A stretch of 64,000 nucleotides of DNA from Octopus sinensis (GCF_006345805.1 NC_042999.1:168206001-168270000); one strand, 5' to 3'; numbered from the stretch's first letter, positions 26,391-39,334 are shown. Translations and numbers: made by a program. The notes: generated by a model not told the origin, from the letters alone.

Positions 26391-27820
26391 TCTCTATATA
26401 TATAAAAGGCAGTTTTTCTGTCTGTGTGTCTGTCAGGTTGTACCCTCACCCTGACCACAGCTTTCAACCGATTCTGATGAAACTTGACACACACATAGCC
26501 CAATGTCATAATTCAAAACTAACGCAGCGAAAATTTTGAAAAGTTCCCCCAGTTCTGAAAAGAATCGATAAATTCGACATGGGGTCGAGAATCTAAGCTT
26601 ATCATATGCAACACATTTTCCATTGTAGTTTTCGCAACTTGCAATCGATTTTCACCAAACTCATGGTGAAGCTTCATGTTACCCCAAGGAACTTAATTCT
26701 GACGTTAGTTTTCCATGCAATACCTTACCATCAGAAAAAAATCTATAAAATCATGCCATTTTGGGAAATCGCGTTCAAATTCAAGATGACATATTTTCGA
26801 CAATATCTTTAATAAATTGGCAGGAATTTTTTTTGAAATTCACAGCGAGCATCATGTCTGCTCCAAGGAGCTATATGGCCCTTTTGATTCCAATAGGATA
26901 CGTTATTACTGGAAAAAATTGGTTAATTACATCATATGCGCAGGAGTGGCTGTGTGGTAAGTAGCTTGCTAACCAACCACATGGTTCCGGGTTCAGTCCC
27001 ACTGCGTGGCATCTTGGGCAAATGTCTTCTGCTATAGCCCCGGGCCGACCAATGCCTTGTGAGTGGATTTGGTAGATGGAAACTGAAAGAAGCCTGTCGT
27101 ATATATGTATGTGTGTGTGTGTTTGTGTGTCTGTGTTTGTCCCCCTAGCATTGCTTGACAACCGATGCTGGTGTGTTTACGTCCCCGTCACTTAGAGGTT
27201 CGGCAAAAGAGACCGATAGAATAAGTACTGGGCTTACAAAGAATAAGTCCCGGGATCGATTTGCTCGACTAAAGGTGGTGCTCCAGCATGGCCGCAGTCA
27301 AATGACTGAAACAAGTAAAAGAGTAAAAGAGTATATGTGGCACACATAGGAAACCTATTTTTCTGCGATATTTTTTGAAAGTTCACATAGATTTTCCCTA
27401 CACCGATGTTGGACATCAAGTTTGCATTAAATGTCAAACTAACGACCTTTTGTCAATGTAGTTAACAAGTATTGGGAGAAATCGATGAAACTATATCACT
27501 TTGAGACTGACCATGCGAACCCTACAAAACTGACTTTTGTTAAATAGTTGGCGGATTTCAGGCGATTTAGTCGATTTTTGCCGCTTTTATCATAAAGGTT
27601 ACTAGAAATGGCATATGTTTTCCTTTTGCTTCAAATCCGAGCAATGTTGGGCTGTAGTCATGCATGCAAGGGAACGGTGCCTTGAATGCCTTAATGCCTT
27701 TTAGGCTTCATTTTACAAAATAACAGTTCAGTGAGTACAAAAAAGGGTAAAAAGGTAAAGGGCATTGCTTATCGACAAAGTTTCTTACATACCTGGGCAA
27801 TGCCAGGCTATGCTACAAGT
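26391..27820 (+). mobile_element. Non-autonomous Helitron-like element containing a SINE
   Basis: 5' TCTCTATATATATAAAA with a (TCTG)-like tract; 3' hairpin cctgggcaatgccagg followed by a degenerate CTAG (caagt). Related ends at about 61242 (5') and 46036-46063 (hairpin plus ctagt). Confidence 0.5.
26937..27332 (+). mobile_element. tRNA-derived SINE, major family
   Basis: Full-length match to the family. Confidence 0.88.
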
Positions 27821-27825
27821 ATATG

Positions 27826-28035
27826 AATATACACATATATATATACACATATATATACACATATATATACACATATATATACACATATATATATACACGT
27901 ATATATACACATATATATACACATATATATATACACATATATACACACATATATACACATATATATATACACATATATATATACATATATATATACACAT
28001 ATATATACATATATATATACATATATATATATGTA
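27826..28035. repeat. (TA)n/(CA) microsatellite block
   Basis: Read directly from the sequence. Confidence 0.9.
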
Positions 28036-28439
28036 TCAATTATATAAATATGGATATTTTTATCCCTTAGTTGGTTTATTATTGGTATCAGTTATCTGTG
28101 CTATCCCTGGGCATGGGTTTGCAGGCACACTATGCTCGTAGGGTACAGGTAAGAACAGAGTAAACAAAAGTCTATCCGGAATCAAGTTGAAATAATCAGA
28201 AAATGGAGAAATCTCTTTATCAACAAACAAACAAAATGGACCACATTTGTAGATTATTTTTTAATACAAAATATGACATAACTTTTCTATCACACAACAT
28301 TTCTTATGTCTTTTTCCGCTACCAGTGCCAGTCGGTGCTTACGAAAGAATTTTGAAAATAATATTAGTTATCTTCATAGGACATTTGATCTAGGACATGA
28401 ATACAGAGTGAATACAAATACAAATGCAGCAGCACAGAA

Positions 28440-29310
28440 GAGTACACTGATGCTGTGCATGTTATGATTTCAACTAAAATCGTAGCTGAGACTCAGGGGA
28501 TTTCTCACAAAAGAGTTGGCCACGTCATCCACAACATTCTGGTCATGAAAAAGCTTTCTGCAAAATGGATGCTGAAATGCCTGAACACAGATCACAAGTG
28601 TATCAGAGCGACAACATCAAAGGCAATTTTGAACCAGTTTGCAGTGGGAGAGGCTGATTTTATGGCTCGTTTAGTCACCATGGATGAAACTTGGCTACAT
28701 CATTATGATCCCCAGACCAAGCAGCAATCAATGGAGTAGTGCCACGGTGGTTCACTGCATCCCAAGAAATTTTGGTCCCAGGAGTCAGCTGGAAAGATTC
28801 TGGCTTCAGTGATCTGGGACAAAGATGGAGTACTCCTCATAAAATACCTGTCAAAGGGTCGCACCATCAATGCAAAATACTATATGTTTCTGTTAGATGA
28901 ATTGCATAAAGCTTTGAAGCAGAGATACCATGGAAAGTTGAGCCATGGTGTCCTGTTTTGGCAGGACAATGCACCAGCGCACACAGCACATGAAACTCTA
29001 TGGAAAATATGCCACTCTGGCTTCAAATCTGTAGGCCACCCATCCTGACTTAGCCCCCTACAAGTATCATCTCTTACCATGACTGATGAAAGATCTCGGT
29101 GGAATGAAATTTCACCCCAATTTGAAAGTGATCACTACTATAGAGACCTGGCTGAAGGCACAACCTTCCAAGTTCTTTTACAGGACTTAGAAAAACTGAA
29201 GGACCACTGCAATGAGTGTATGAATCTGAAAAGGGGATATGTTGAATAAAATCATGATCGACTGATCCTCCAGTATTTTGTTTTACCCAAAGCCAGGAAC
29301 TTTTCAACAC
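28440..29310 (+). mobile_element. Mariner transposase remnant
   Basis: KKLSAKW, VTMDETWLHHYDPQTKQQSME, LFWQDNAPAH. Confidence 0.85.
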
Positions 29311-30141
29311 ATATATTCACACACACATACATGCACAAAAGCACATGTATGAATGTTTTTCTCCACATGTCTTCACAGTGACACCACTTAGGCATTAATG
29401 ATGTTGTTTATGTTCCCCATAAACAAAAGTGTCCAGCAAAAGTTCGATATGCAAAGATGGAAGAAAGTACCTGACTTGGAAACAAGCAAACGTTGGCATC
29501 AGGAAAAGAACCCGTCCATAGAATACTGTCTCAAAAAAAGTCTCATCTAACCCATGCCAGCATGGGAAAAGCAAATGTAAAAATAACTATAATGATGAAG
29601 ATGATAATGGTGATGACAATGATGATGATGATAGTAATGATATATGTGAATGTGTATCTTTTGCCAATGTTTACATATGCTGGCAAGAAAGCAGTTTAAC
29701 TGGTGCTTTCAAACTAAAATACCATGACAGAAGTAATGGTAGCATATTAATAGACCATATTAGGTTGAAGTTTGTAATAAGCATCATTAATAATGTCATT
29801 ATTTTTTACTATTAATAACACATTGCTTCCATTATTAGTTCAATAAATTAAATAGGAATATCTTTTGTAGCATTTATACAGAAACAAAATTGCTAGGTGT
29901 CATTGAAAAAAATGTTCAATAAATTAAAAGTTTATAAGACATTTTAAAAATCTCTAAATTAAATCCTGTGAAAAGATTATACAGTTTAATCAAATTAAAA
30001 TAAAATTTATCTTATAAAAGTAATTAATTATGTATCAATTATTTAAAAAATATAATATAAGCTGTGAGTAATATTCTAAATATAGAGAAAAGAAGTGATA
30101 ACACTGTAAAATTCATTGTTAAATTCAATGATAGACAATGT

Positions 30142-31001
30142 TTAAAAGCTGTCCTGAGAATTTTCTACCTTAGAATCATCTGCAAGGCTGTCATTAATCT
30201 CTTTATCACTATCAACACTGTCATCATCTTCAATACTATCGGAATCACCAAATGTTTGAATATTGAGGAATAAATTTTCTTTGCAACGTGCAGAAGCTTG
30301 TGCAGCAATATTTCGAGCAAACATAAAAGTTGATTCATCACGAGCAAGCAACCGGTCCTGTAAGCCAGCAAGATTTGTTCCCTGTAGATTAGGATCTGCC
30401 TCTTTCTCTTGATGGAGAAAAAAACTGTTGTTAGAATCAGAAGCTGGAATTTCAGATGAAGTAATATTTTCAACCTCGCCAATCTTCACTGCATCTAAAT
30501 TCAAATTATCTGAACCTGAAGGATAAGGATGAGAATCTGACTGAAGATTTAACTGATAAGAATTAAACTTATCTGAATCCCTAATATTTGTGCTTTGGTT
30601 CATAACTGGTGTTTGAGAATTTGGATCCAAACTATCAATTTTTGAGGTGGGGGAATCAGAATGCAAGGCATTTTGGCTAACATCCTCTGGAAATGAAAAG
30701 TTATTTAAGCTGTCAGTTTCACAATCTGTTCTTCTAGTTAAAGGTGAAAAAATTAAATTTCTCAATTGCATATCACAATCAATTTCACTGGATTGATTCT
30801 GATGAAGAAAAAATGGTTCTGAATCTTGGTCAGTTGAATTTTCTGAAATCTGTTTACTCCAAGAAACTTGACTGAAACCTGTGTCACTAGTAGTAGTAGA
30901 ACCATGTGATTCAGACATATTTATATCATCCAAATCTAAATTATCTTCACCAAGTAAATCATCACTAAGATTTTCAGACTCTTGCATAGAGTCTTTTTCT
31001 G
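30142..31001 (-). CDS. VEZT: Vezatin terminal coding exon
   Basis: Long open frame rich in S/D/N, ending LQDRLLARDESTFMFARNIAAQASAR...QTFGDSD (cf. vezatin C-terminus FTAGLAAEVAAR...QTFGG). Acceptor tttttcag, stop TAA. Confidence 0.88.
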
Positions 31002-32764
31002 CTGAAAAATATAATATAAACTATTTTTAGTATAAGAACATCAGATCAATTTTTTAAAATATAATAGTTAATTTGTAACAAATTCTGCTTATAGATTACA
31101 GCTAAGTCAAGCTTTACTAACAGCAGGGTCTACCTCTGATTGGTTATTTAACTGTGTTGAATATCTATTGATTGATTATTTAATGATATGGAAACAAAAC
31201 AGATATAAAACTGAGATTAAATTAATATACAGGAAGGTATGATTAAATCCATCAAACAAAAGAAAATCTACTATTAGGAATACCAAATACCAGTGGTAAT
31301 TTAGGGTTACTGAGTGGAATGATAAAATTCCTCATTATCATTTTTACATCTGTTTTCCATGCTTGCATGAGTTGGTCAAGTCCTCTTCAACATAATATCC
31401 ACCCCACAACACTATTTCACCATTTGTAGCATTATGATCTGGGACAAATCTGAAGTTCATTTAACGTATACTAATTCTTTTCCTAACCAGTTGTACGGAA
31501 ACTCTTTCAGTTGCTCTCATAGCTTAGTTCATCTACATGGTACCTTTGTAGTTGCTTCTGGCTGAAGCCTATTTGTTGGATATTTTCAACATCTCAATAA
31601 CATCTGCAATGGTCCAGCAGCTTTGCTCACCTTTCTACCTTTAGTACTCATTTCACCAATATAACTAACAACTTCAGTAGTTGATTTTTCTGTTGGGTCT
31701 ACTTGTGATAGTCCCTCCTCTTCCCACACATTCAGCAGCCTTAAGCCTCTTTCATTTCAGCTTCAGTACAGGTACTCTTAATACACTAATACACTTTACA
31801 CCCAAAACACCTAGAGTCATAATGACACACTGCTTCACAACCCAGAACATAATATCATGACCCAGTGACCCTCTTGTAACAGACAGTTATAAATATAATG
31901 AAATCAATATTTAAAAATTAAAACTATCTATGCTGGCATGAAGAACAGATGTCTGATGATGATGATGTCACAATCAAAATTAAGATTGTACAAAAATCTT
32001 CATGGATATCATATAGGTAGCAACTACAATTGAATATCTATAAAATTCTTTTATATTTTTAAAGAGTTATTTAAAAATAGGTCAACAAACGTCTTAGTAG
32101 ACAGATGATATAAAATGAGTAAAACCACAAACCATAAAGTTAAAAGTTCACATTGTATTTTTACCTCTGCCTTAGTGAAGGCAGGGGTATTGTTTTTCAG
32201 TCATGTTTGTTTGTCTGTGGGTAAGATATCTCAAGAACTGCTGGACGGATTTGAAACTGTTAGGGATGTTTGGCCTTGTGACTGGCACAAACTGATTAGA
32301 TTTTGGGATCAATTCAAGGATTCCGGATCATTTGTTATATTCATGTAAAGTAAATACTTTACATGAAGTATTATGATCTTTCGTTCACTTTCAGGGCTTT
32401 CTCTAATTATCTCCCTTGAAAGCATGCTCATGGTTTCCTTGTAAGTTATGGCGGCATAGCTGTTTTCAAAGTTTTATTTTCGTCTCTTTATTATTAATTT
32501 TACCTGTGTCTCTATCTTAGTAGAAACTGATGGATAAAGAAATCAAACTACATAAACAAACAGCAGCAAAACCATTCAGAAAATAAATAACACTAACATA
32601 ATCAGTAACAATAATAAATTTAATTTATCCTCGAGAATTTTTAGTTTTACCATTTTTGAATATATCGCCCCTGTTTAAAACCTCTTACCTACTTGACAAT
32701 TGCATTTCTAGTTCTGACTTGAAGGAAGCTTTACTTTTTGGATTCAGGTTTTTGTGTGTAACAA

Positions 32765-32910
32765 TGTTGTTAAAATTCCATTAACAGCACCTTATGCAGT
32801 TCCTTTCTGTTTTCTTTCATGCACAGATAAATTTTTCACTATAGACCTTAATGGTTGTAAAGACACTATATCAGCGGATAGACTAAAAAAGGCCTTCATA
32901 GAGAAAACTG
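32765..32910 (+). mobile_element. Gypsy integrase C-terminal (GPY/F) remnant
   Basis: PLTAPYAVPF...TDKFFTIDLNGCKDTISADRLK. Confidence 0.6.
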
Positions 32911-33412
32911 TCCCTGTTCCCAATGCAGATGACACACACACACAGCATTACAAACACGGCCCACACACCCACCTTCACATTCCATGACTACCTTTGGGAT
33001 CGATCAGGTACCAAACAAGAATTCTGGATTATTTTTCTGCTTTTTTTTTTACTGAATTTTTGAGAGCAGTCAGGTTCATTTTTAGTATTCTCGTTTATTT
33101 CAGATATTCTCATGTTGGTGTTGCTTTGGCGGAGGTTTGCGCTCTCTGAGTGCTCTTGTTGGTATTGTATTGTGTCTATATTAAAGGCAGTAAACTTCAA
33201 CTGTATCTGTTCACTTATATGTAAACAGACTGGACTGAAAAGAAAATCCTCAATTAGGTGGAGGTATGACATATCCAGGACAGTGGACCTCTAGATTGCA
33301 ACTGTCCATTCAGTCAACTATCTGTATATCATAGACCTATCCAATCAGGCTTGACTTGGGGTGACAAAATCAACAACAACCTATATTTAAAAGTTGAATA
33401 TCCTATATATAT

Positions 33413-33805
33413 AGGCGCAGGAGTGGCTGTGTGGTAAGTAGCTTGCTAACCAACCACATGGTTCCGGGTTCAGTCCCACTGCATGGCATCTTGGGCAAGT
33501 GTCTTCTGCTATAGCCCCGGGCCAACCAATGCCTTGTGAGTGGATTTGGTAGGCGGAAACTGAAAGAAGCCTGTCGTATATATGTATATATATATGTGTA
33601 TTTGTATGTCTGTGTTTGTCCCCCTAGCATTGCTTGACAACCGATGCTGGTGTGTTTATGTCCCCATTACTTAGCGGTTCGGCAAAAGAGACCGATAGAA
33701 TAAGTACTGGGCTTACAAAAGAATAAGTCCCGGGGTCGAGTTGCTCGATTAAAGGCGGTGCTCCAGCATGGCCGCAGTCAAATGACTGAAACAAGTAAAA
33801 GAGTA
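33413..33805 (+). mobile_element. tRNA-derived SINE, major family
   Basis: Full-length match to the family. Confidence 0.88.
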
Positions 33806-33818
33806 TATATATATATAT

Positions 33819-33862
<44 letters not shown>

Positions 33863-34452
33863 TGTATGTATGCATTACTGCTTGTGTAGATTTGTCAAGC
33901 CAAGTGAGACTGTAGTCATGGCCGATGCCAGTGTCAGGTCAGTGGCACGTAAAAATCACCCACTACACTTGGAGTGGTAGGCATTAGGATGGGCATCCAG
34001 CTAAAGAAACCTTGCCAAATCAGATTAGAACCTGGTGCAGCCCCTTAATTTTTCTAAATTGTTCTTGGTAGATTTTTGCTTTGCAGATTTGTTAGTGTGT
34101 ACAGCAACAAATCTGTATATTCCTATTTTTTGATTACATCATACTTTCATTTCTTCTATTTAGCAATGTTTGTAACTCTGGTCAGACAGTTCCCCCCCCC
34201 CTCTGCCGCCGACCACAGGCTTACCAGTTTCCAGTCAAACCGCCCAGCCCATGCCAGCTTGAAAACAGATGTTAAATGATGATTGCTAGTTAGTAGTACT
34301 GGGTTCAAATTATTTCAGAGGATATTTCTGCAATAGAATGTATAGCCTATTAATAGAAGATGCTCTCAACCAATTGATTTGAGACACATTAGTTTACAAT
34401 GACAAATTTTGGTTATGGCAAAAAAAAAAAAAAAAGTAGTCTAAATTGTTAC

Positions 34453-34690
34453 CTGCAGATATGACATGGCTTTGTAAGCTGTCACTTTGAAGGCTGTCAC
34501 TGTGCAAACTATCTTCGGACTGATCCCCTTCACTACTATAGCCTGATGGAGGTTGACATTCAAGACCTTGCTTTTGTCGTTTTATGGCAATATCCTCTCG
34601 TTTTTCTCTATCAAAAGCTCGAACTGCAATCACAGATTTCAGCTCATGCATCATACGTTTTGATTCTTCCATATCTTTCCTTTGTTTTTC
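34453..34690 (-). CDS. VEZT: Vezatin coding exon
   Basis: Encodes EKQRKDMEESKRMMHELKSVIAVRA (cf. ERQKREHEESKRVLQELKSVL). Acceptor caaccag, donor gtaaca, phase 1. Confidence 0.85.
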
Positions 34691-35236
34691 CTGGTTGATT
34701 TAAACATACCATTACTGGATTTATTTCTACATGTAAATGCAAGTTTCAACAAATATACATTCATATGCAAAATTACAGACATGTGAACACACACACAAAC
34801 ACACACACATGCCAAGAAAGGAGATAAATATTTACATTTATTCAATTCATATTATTAAAAGTAATATCTCTTATATACCTGGAAATCTTACAACATTTTG
34901 TTAAGCAGACTCTGAAGATTTGCTGGTGTAATCTATTTATAAGGCTTTTGCTTATCTAACATATTGTTAATGAACACATGTAAGATGCATTAAATAAACA
35001 TAAATATTTATCTCCCCACTTAGTTTATATTTGTACTCCGTGTTTACAACACTGGAATGAAACTACTGAAAGAAACAGTGAATATTATCAAATTTGCTCC
35101 TCCTGTATGGATCTTTGGAAATATAACCAAACACACAGAATTATAAACATTCATTACAGGTTGTGGTAAATAAACCATATCAAACAAATATATGTGTATG
35201 TGTTTTTTTTTGCAGGTGGGTGGGAGAGTGTGTGTA

Positions 35237-35312
<76 letters not shown>

Positions 35313-35615
35313 TTGTATACTGTCAACTTAACATGACAGTCCCGTAAAGGGAATCACACCACTGCTATTTAGCCCTAGGAAGCATCGATGTTTCCTAGGG
35401 CTAAATAGCGGTGCTGTGATTCCCTTTATGGGACTGTCACATTAAGTTGACAGTATACAACCGCTCTATCGTTCCACCACTGCTCATATCTCTCTGAGAT
35501 ATTTAGAAATTTAATATTTTTAATTTTGGTGATCAGTGAATAAACTTCACTGAGAATATATATATTTGCGAAGGCTTTACAAGCATCTTCAGCTAGCAGG
35601 CCATGCTACTCCAGA

Positions 35616-37731
35616 GATGTTTTTGAGTTTTTTTTGAGAAGTGAGACCGATGTGGAACCGTCATGTCGGGCGGTGCGAGAGAAATGAAGACGTATGCAGA
35701 GATCGCCAAAGCACGGGAAACCGAGAACACATACAAGATAGAGGATGTGAATATGGAGTGTGATATAGACAAGTTGAGGAAGTACAGCAAAATGGTGAAA
35801 GAAGAAGGAACGAACATAAAACTAGTCATGCCAGAAGAAGAGAAAAAGAAAGAGGAAAGAAAAACCAGTAATTTTTAGAACATTTTCTAAGGAGAACAGA
35901 AGGGTTGAGAGAGCCCCAGATGATGAAATAGAAGATCTAATAATGAGCTGTATTGATGAGGAAATAATTTTCATCACAAAAGGAAAATTTTATGGAACAG
36001 GCGCAGGAGTGGCTGTGTGGTAAGTAGCTTGCTAACCAACCACATGGTTCCGGGTTCAGTCCCACTGCGTGGCATCTTGGGCAAGTGTCTTCTGCTATAG
36101 CCCCGGGCTGACTAATGCCTTGTGAGTGGATTTGGTAGACGGAAACTGAAAGAAGCCTGTCGTATATATGTATATATATATATATGTATGAGTTTGTGTG
36201 TCTGTGTTAGTCCCCCTAGCGTTGCTTGACAACCGATGCTGGTGTGTTTACGTCCCCGTCACTTAGCGGTTCGGCAAAAGAGACCGATAGAATAAGTACT
36301 GGGCTTACAAAGAATAAGTCCCGGGGTCGATTTTCTCGACTAAAGGTGGTGCTCCAGCATGGCCGCAGTCAAATGACTGAAACAAGTAAAAGAGTAAGAG
36401 AGTAACATTTGGAACGGAAGAAGAGACAGCACAGAATGCAAAGGCATGATAGAAGGACACAAATGGACACTATTACCATGCACACCAGGGAAGAAATTAG
36501 TAAAAATCAGAGTTAGGCGGATACCACCAATGATAGAGCCTGAGTGGGTGATAGTGGGCATTTTTGGCGAAAAACTACAGGAAAAAAAAACCCAGATCTG
36601 GAGATTCACTTTGTAAGCAAGACCGAATGCTGACATTTTGGGGGATTTAGTTTAGAAATTGTCGAAAATGTAAGCCCAGAGTATTAAGAGAAAATACCAG
36701 AAACAATAGAGCTGCCAACGGGAGAAAAGTTGGAGATAATACTGAGAGGAAGACCACCCAAATGTTAGAAATGTGGCAAGAGAGGACATAAAATGAAAAA
36801 TTGTCTGGAAGAGGATTTTTTAAGATATGCAGATATAGATTTTATGACACTTAAAGAAAAACAGGTTGAGAGAAAATGCAGGAAAAGAGAAAGAAAGAAG
36901 TCTCCAACAACAGCAGAGATAAAGAGGAGTAAAGGAATGGAGGAGGAAATGCAACAAAGAACAGAAAATGTTGAGGAACCATCAACAGAGATAACAGAAG
37001 GAGAGGTGGAATTACAAAGTGATGAGGAGGTTGAACGAAAATGCCTTGACTCACATGAGAAAACACACAGAAAGAGGATGAGAAAGTGCAGTCGGATGAA
37101 TGCACAGACGAGCAAGAGTGCGAAAGCATAGAGATGAAAGGACCAGAGCGGGGAGATGTATTGGAAGAGAATGGAAATGGAAAAAGGAAGAAGAAAATGC
37201 GAGGAAAACAAAAACAACAAGTAAAACACAGTGAGATAGGTTAAAGGAAAGTAAGTATATAAATTTGTGGAAAGTACTACAATTAAAAAAGAAGCATATG
37301 AACATTGTAAATTATTGTAAAAAAAAAGAAGAAATAATGAATTGATGAACAAACAAGTATTAAAAATGTTATTTTGTTGGAAAAAAAAAGGACACAGATG
37401 AACATTTGATTTAAAGATAGGAAATGAAAGGAAAGGTCACGGTTTTGCATAACAGCGAAACTAGAGGTAGTTTTAAGAATAATTGTAAAGTGTGTTTGTA
37501 TAGTTAATTGTAAAGTTTAATAGTACAAACAAGCACTTAAAATGTTATTTTTGTTGGAAAAAAAAGGAATTGTAAAGACATTCACGGTTCATCTCGTAGT
37601 GGGGGCGAGATGGCCATCTCATTTGCATCATATTCATTCATTCCATTATCATTTTTCATTCGTTTTTATGTCCCCACATGTTTGTGTATGTCCCCTCTGT
37701 GTACAGGCCTTGTGCCTATAATAAAGAGAAA
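35616..37731 (+). mobile_element. ORF1-only non-LTR retroelement (L1/Tx1-like gag with CCHC knuckle), decayed
   Basis: Flanked by duplicated aggccatgctactccaga. ORF begins MSGGAREMKTYAEIAK; contains IPETIELPTGEKLEIILRGRPPKC*KCGKRGHKMKNC. No RT or endonuclease seen. Ends aataaagagaaa. Confidence 0.7.
36001..36403 (+). mobile_element. tRNA-derived SINE nested in the ORF1-only element
   Basis: Full-length match to the family; interrupts the gag-like ORF. Confidence 0.88.
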
Positions 37732-37743
37732 AGGCCATGCTAC

Positions 37744-37789
37744 TCCAGACTGATGATGAGCAAAACTCAGAAACATAAAGGTCTCTAGA
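37744..37789 (+). ncRNA. Type I hammerhead ribozyme motif
   Basis: Stem I tccaga/tctaga (one mismatch), CTGATGA, stem II tgag-caaaa-ctca, GAAA, minimal stem III c-ataaag-g, cleavage triplet GTC at 37781-37783. Confidence 0.78.
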
Positions 37790-38063
37790 TGCGGGCCTAG
37801 CTGTTGGGGGTGCTTGTCTCCCCTTCATAAATATAAGGACACAGGAAATGTGTCAAAGCCGACAGAAAGCGTTGATGCTTCCTAGGGCTAAATAGCAGTG
37901 GTGTGATTCCCTTTATGGGACTGTCACGTTAAGTTGACAGTATACAACTGCTCTATCATTCCACCACCGCTCATATCTCTATGAGATATTTAGAAATTTA
38001 ATATTTTTAATATATATATATATATAGCATCACTCCTTCCAAGTTAGCCTATAAACTTTTCAG

Positions 38064-39215
38064 TGGCTGCACAACTTCCTAAAAGATAGAAGGTAGGCAG
38101 TTGTGAGCAATGGAGCCACCTCCAAGGAAACACAAATAACAAGCGGTGTTCCACAGGGCACTGTCTTGAGGCCACTGCTGTTCATAGTGGCCCTTTCAGA
38201 CATGCCCTCAGTTGCTAAGATGACCACCCTTGCTAGCTATGCAGATGACACAAAAGTCTCCCACGCAATACAAAACCCTAGAAATATTGCACATCTGCAA
38301 CAGGAGTTGGATACAATATACAGGTGGGCTAAGGACAACAACATGCAGTTTAATGCAGGGAAGTTCCAGGCCCTGCACTACCGGCACACAAAGGTAAACG
38401 ACATGCAGACTGGATACACTGGCCCGGGAAGAATTGCAATCCCTGAGTCAAAATCAGTGCATGACCTGGGCATTGACATGAGCAATGATGCATCTTTCCA
38501 AGTGCATATTATTAATCTGGTGATAAAATGCAGACGGCTAGCTGGATGGATTCTTCAAACTTTCAGAACAAGAGAGAAGGAGACACTGATGGTCCTCTGG
38601 AAAACTTTCTTCCTCAGCTGCTTGGACTACTGCTCCCAACTATGGTCACCACACAATATAAAACTAACAGCAGAACTCGAAGCAATTCAAAGAAGCTACA
38701 CAAAGAAAATCGTCTCAATGCAACATGACAGCTACTGGGAAAGACTGAAAGTATTAAACCTCTTCTCCCTAGAGCGAAGGCAGGAGAGATATGTGGTGAT
38801 ATACATCTGGAAAATCCTGGAGGGTCTTGTCCCAAACTTTGGCATTCAAAGTTACCCCCACCGTAGAATGGTTCCAAAGATTCCAACATCACCATCAAAA
38901 TACAAGACCAGATACTGCAACAGCTTGGGTTTCAGAGGACCACAGCTCTTTAACATCCTCCCTAAATGCCTGAGAGACTTGCATGGTGTGGATGTGGGTT
39001 TCTTTAAAACTAAATTGGATCTCTTCTTGTCGGGGGTCCCAGATGAACCTACCTCACGACAGGAGACACAGATGCAGGCAACGGCATCGAATTCCCTTGT
39101 TGACCAAGTGCCACGTATCAGAGGTGGATTCACAAATTAGTGTAGCTCGTTCAGCGGTGGTGCCCCAGCATGGCCGCAGCCTTCGGGCTAAAACATTTTT
39201 AAGGATTTAAGGATT
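38064..39215 (+). mobile_element. CR1/L2-group LINE 3' fragment
   Basis: SGVPQGTVLRPLLF and YADDTK in an open 345-aa frame; tail (aaggattt)n then (TA)n. Confidence 0.9.
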
Positions 39216-39246
<31 letters not shown>

Positions 39247-39256
39247 ACACATAGAT

Positions 39257-39327
<71 letters not shown>

Positions 39328-39334
39328 AACACAT

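Larger units (their letters stand above)
35306..38010 (+). mobile_element. Non-autonomous Penelope-type/retrozyme-like unit (inverted arm plus partial tandem), interrupted by an insertion
   Basis: Palindrome 35306-35467 centred at 35386/35387. Segment 35387-35523 is directly repeated at 37874-38010. Hammerhead core at 37750-37783. Confidence 0.75.

Noticed and set aside
36765-37352. 195-aa hydrophobic minus-strand ORF
   Set aside because: Antisense reading of the purine-rich K/E-coding strand of the ORF1-only element.
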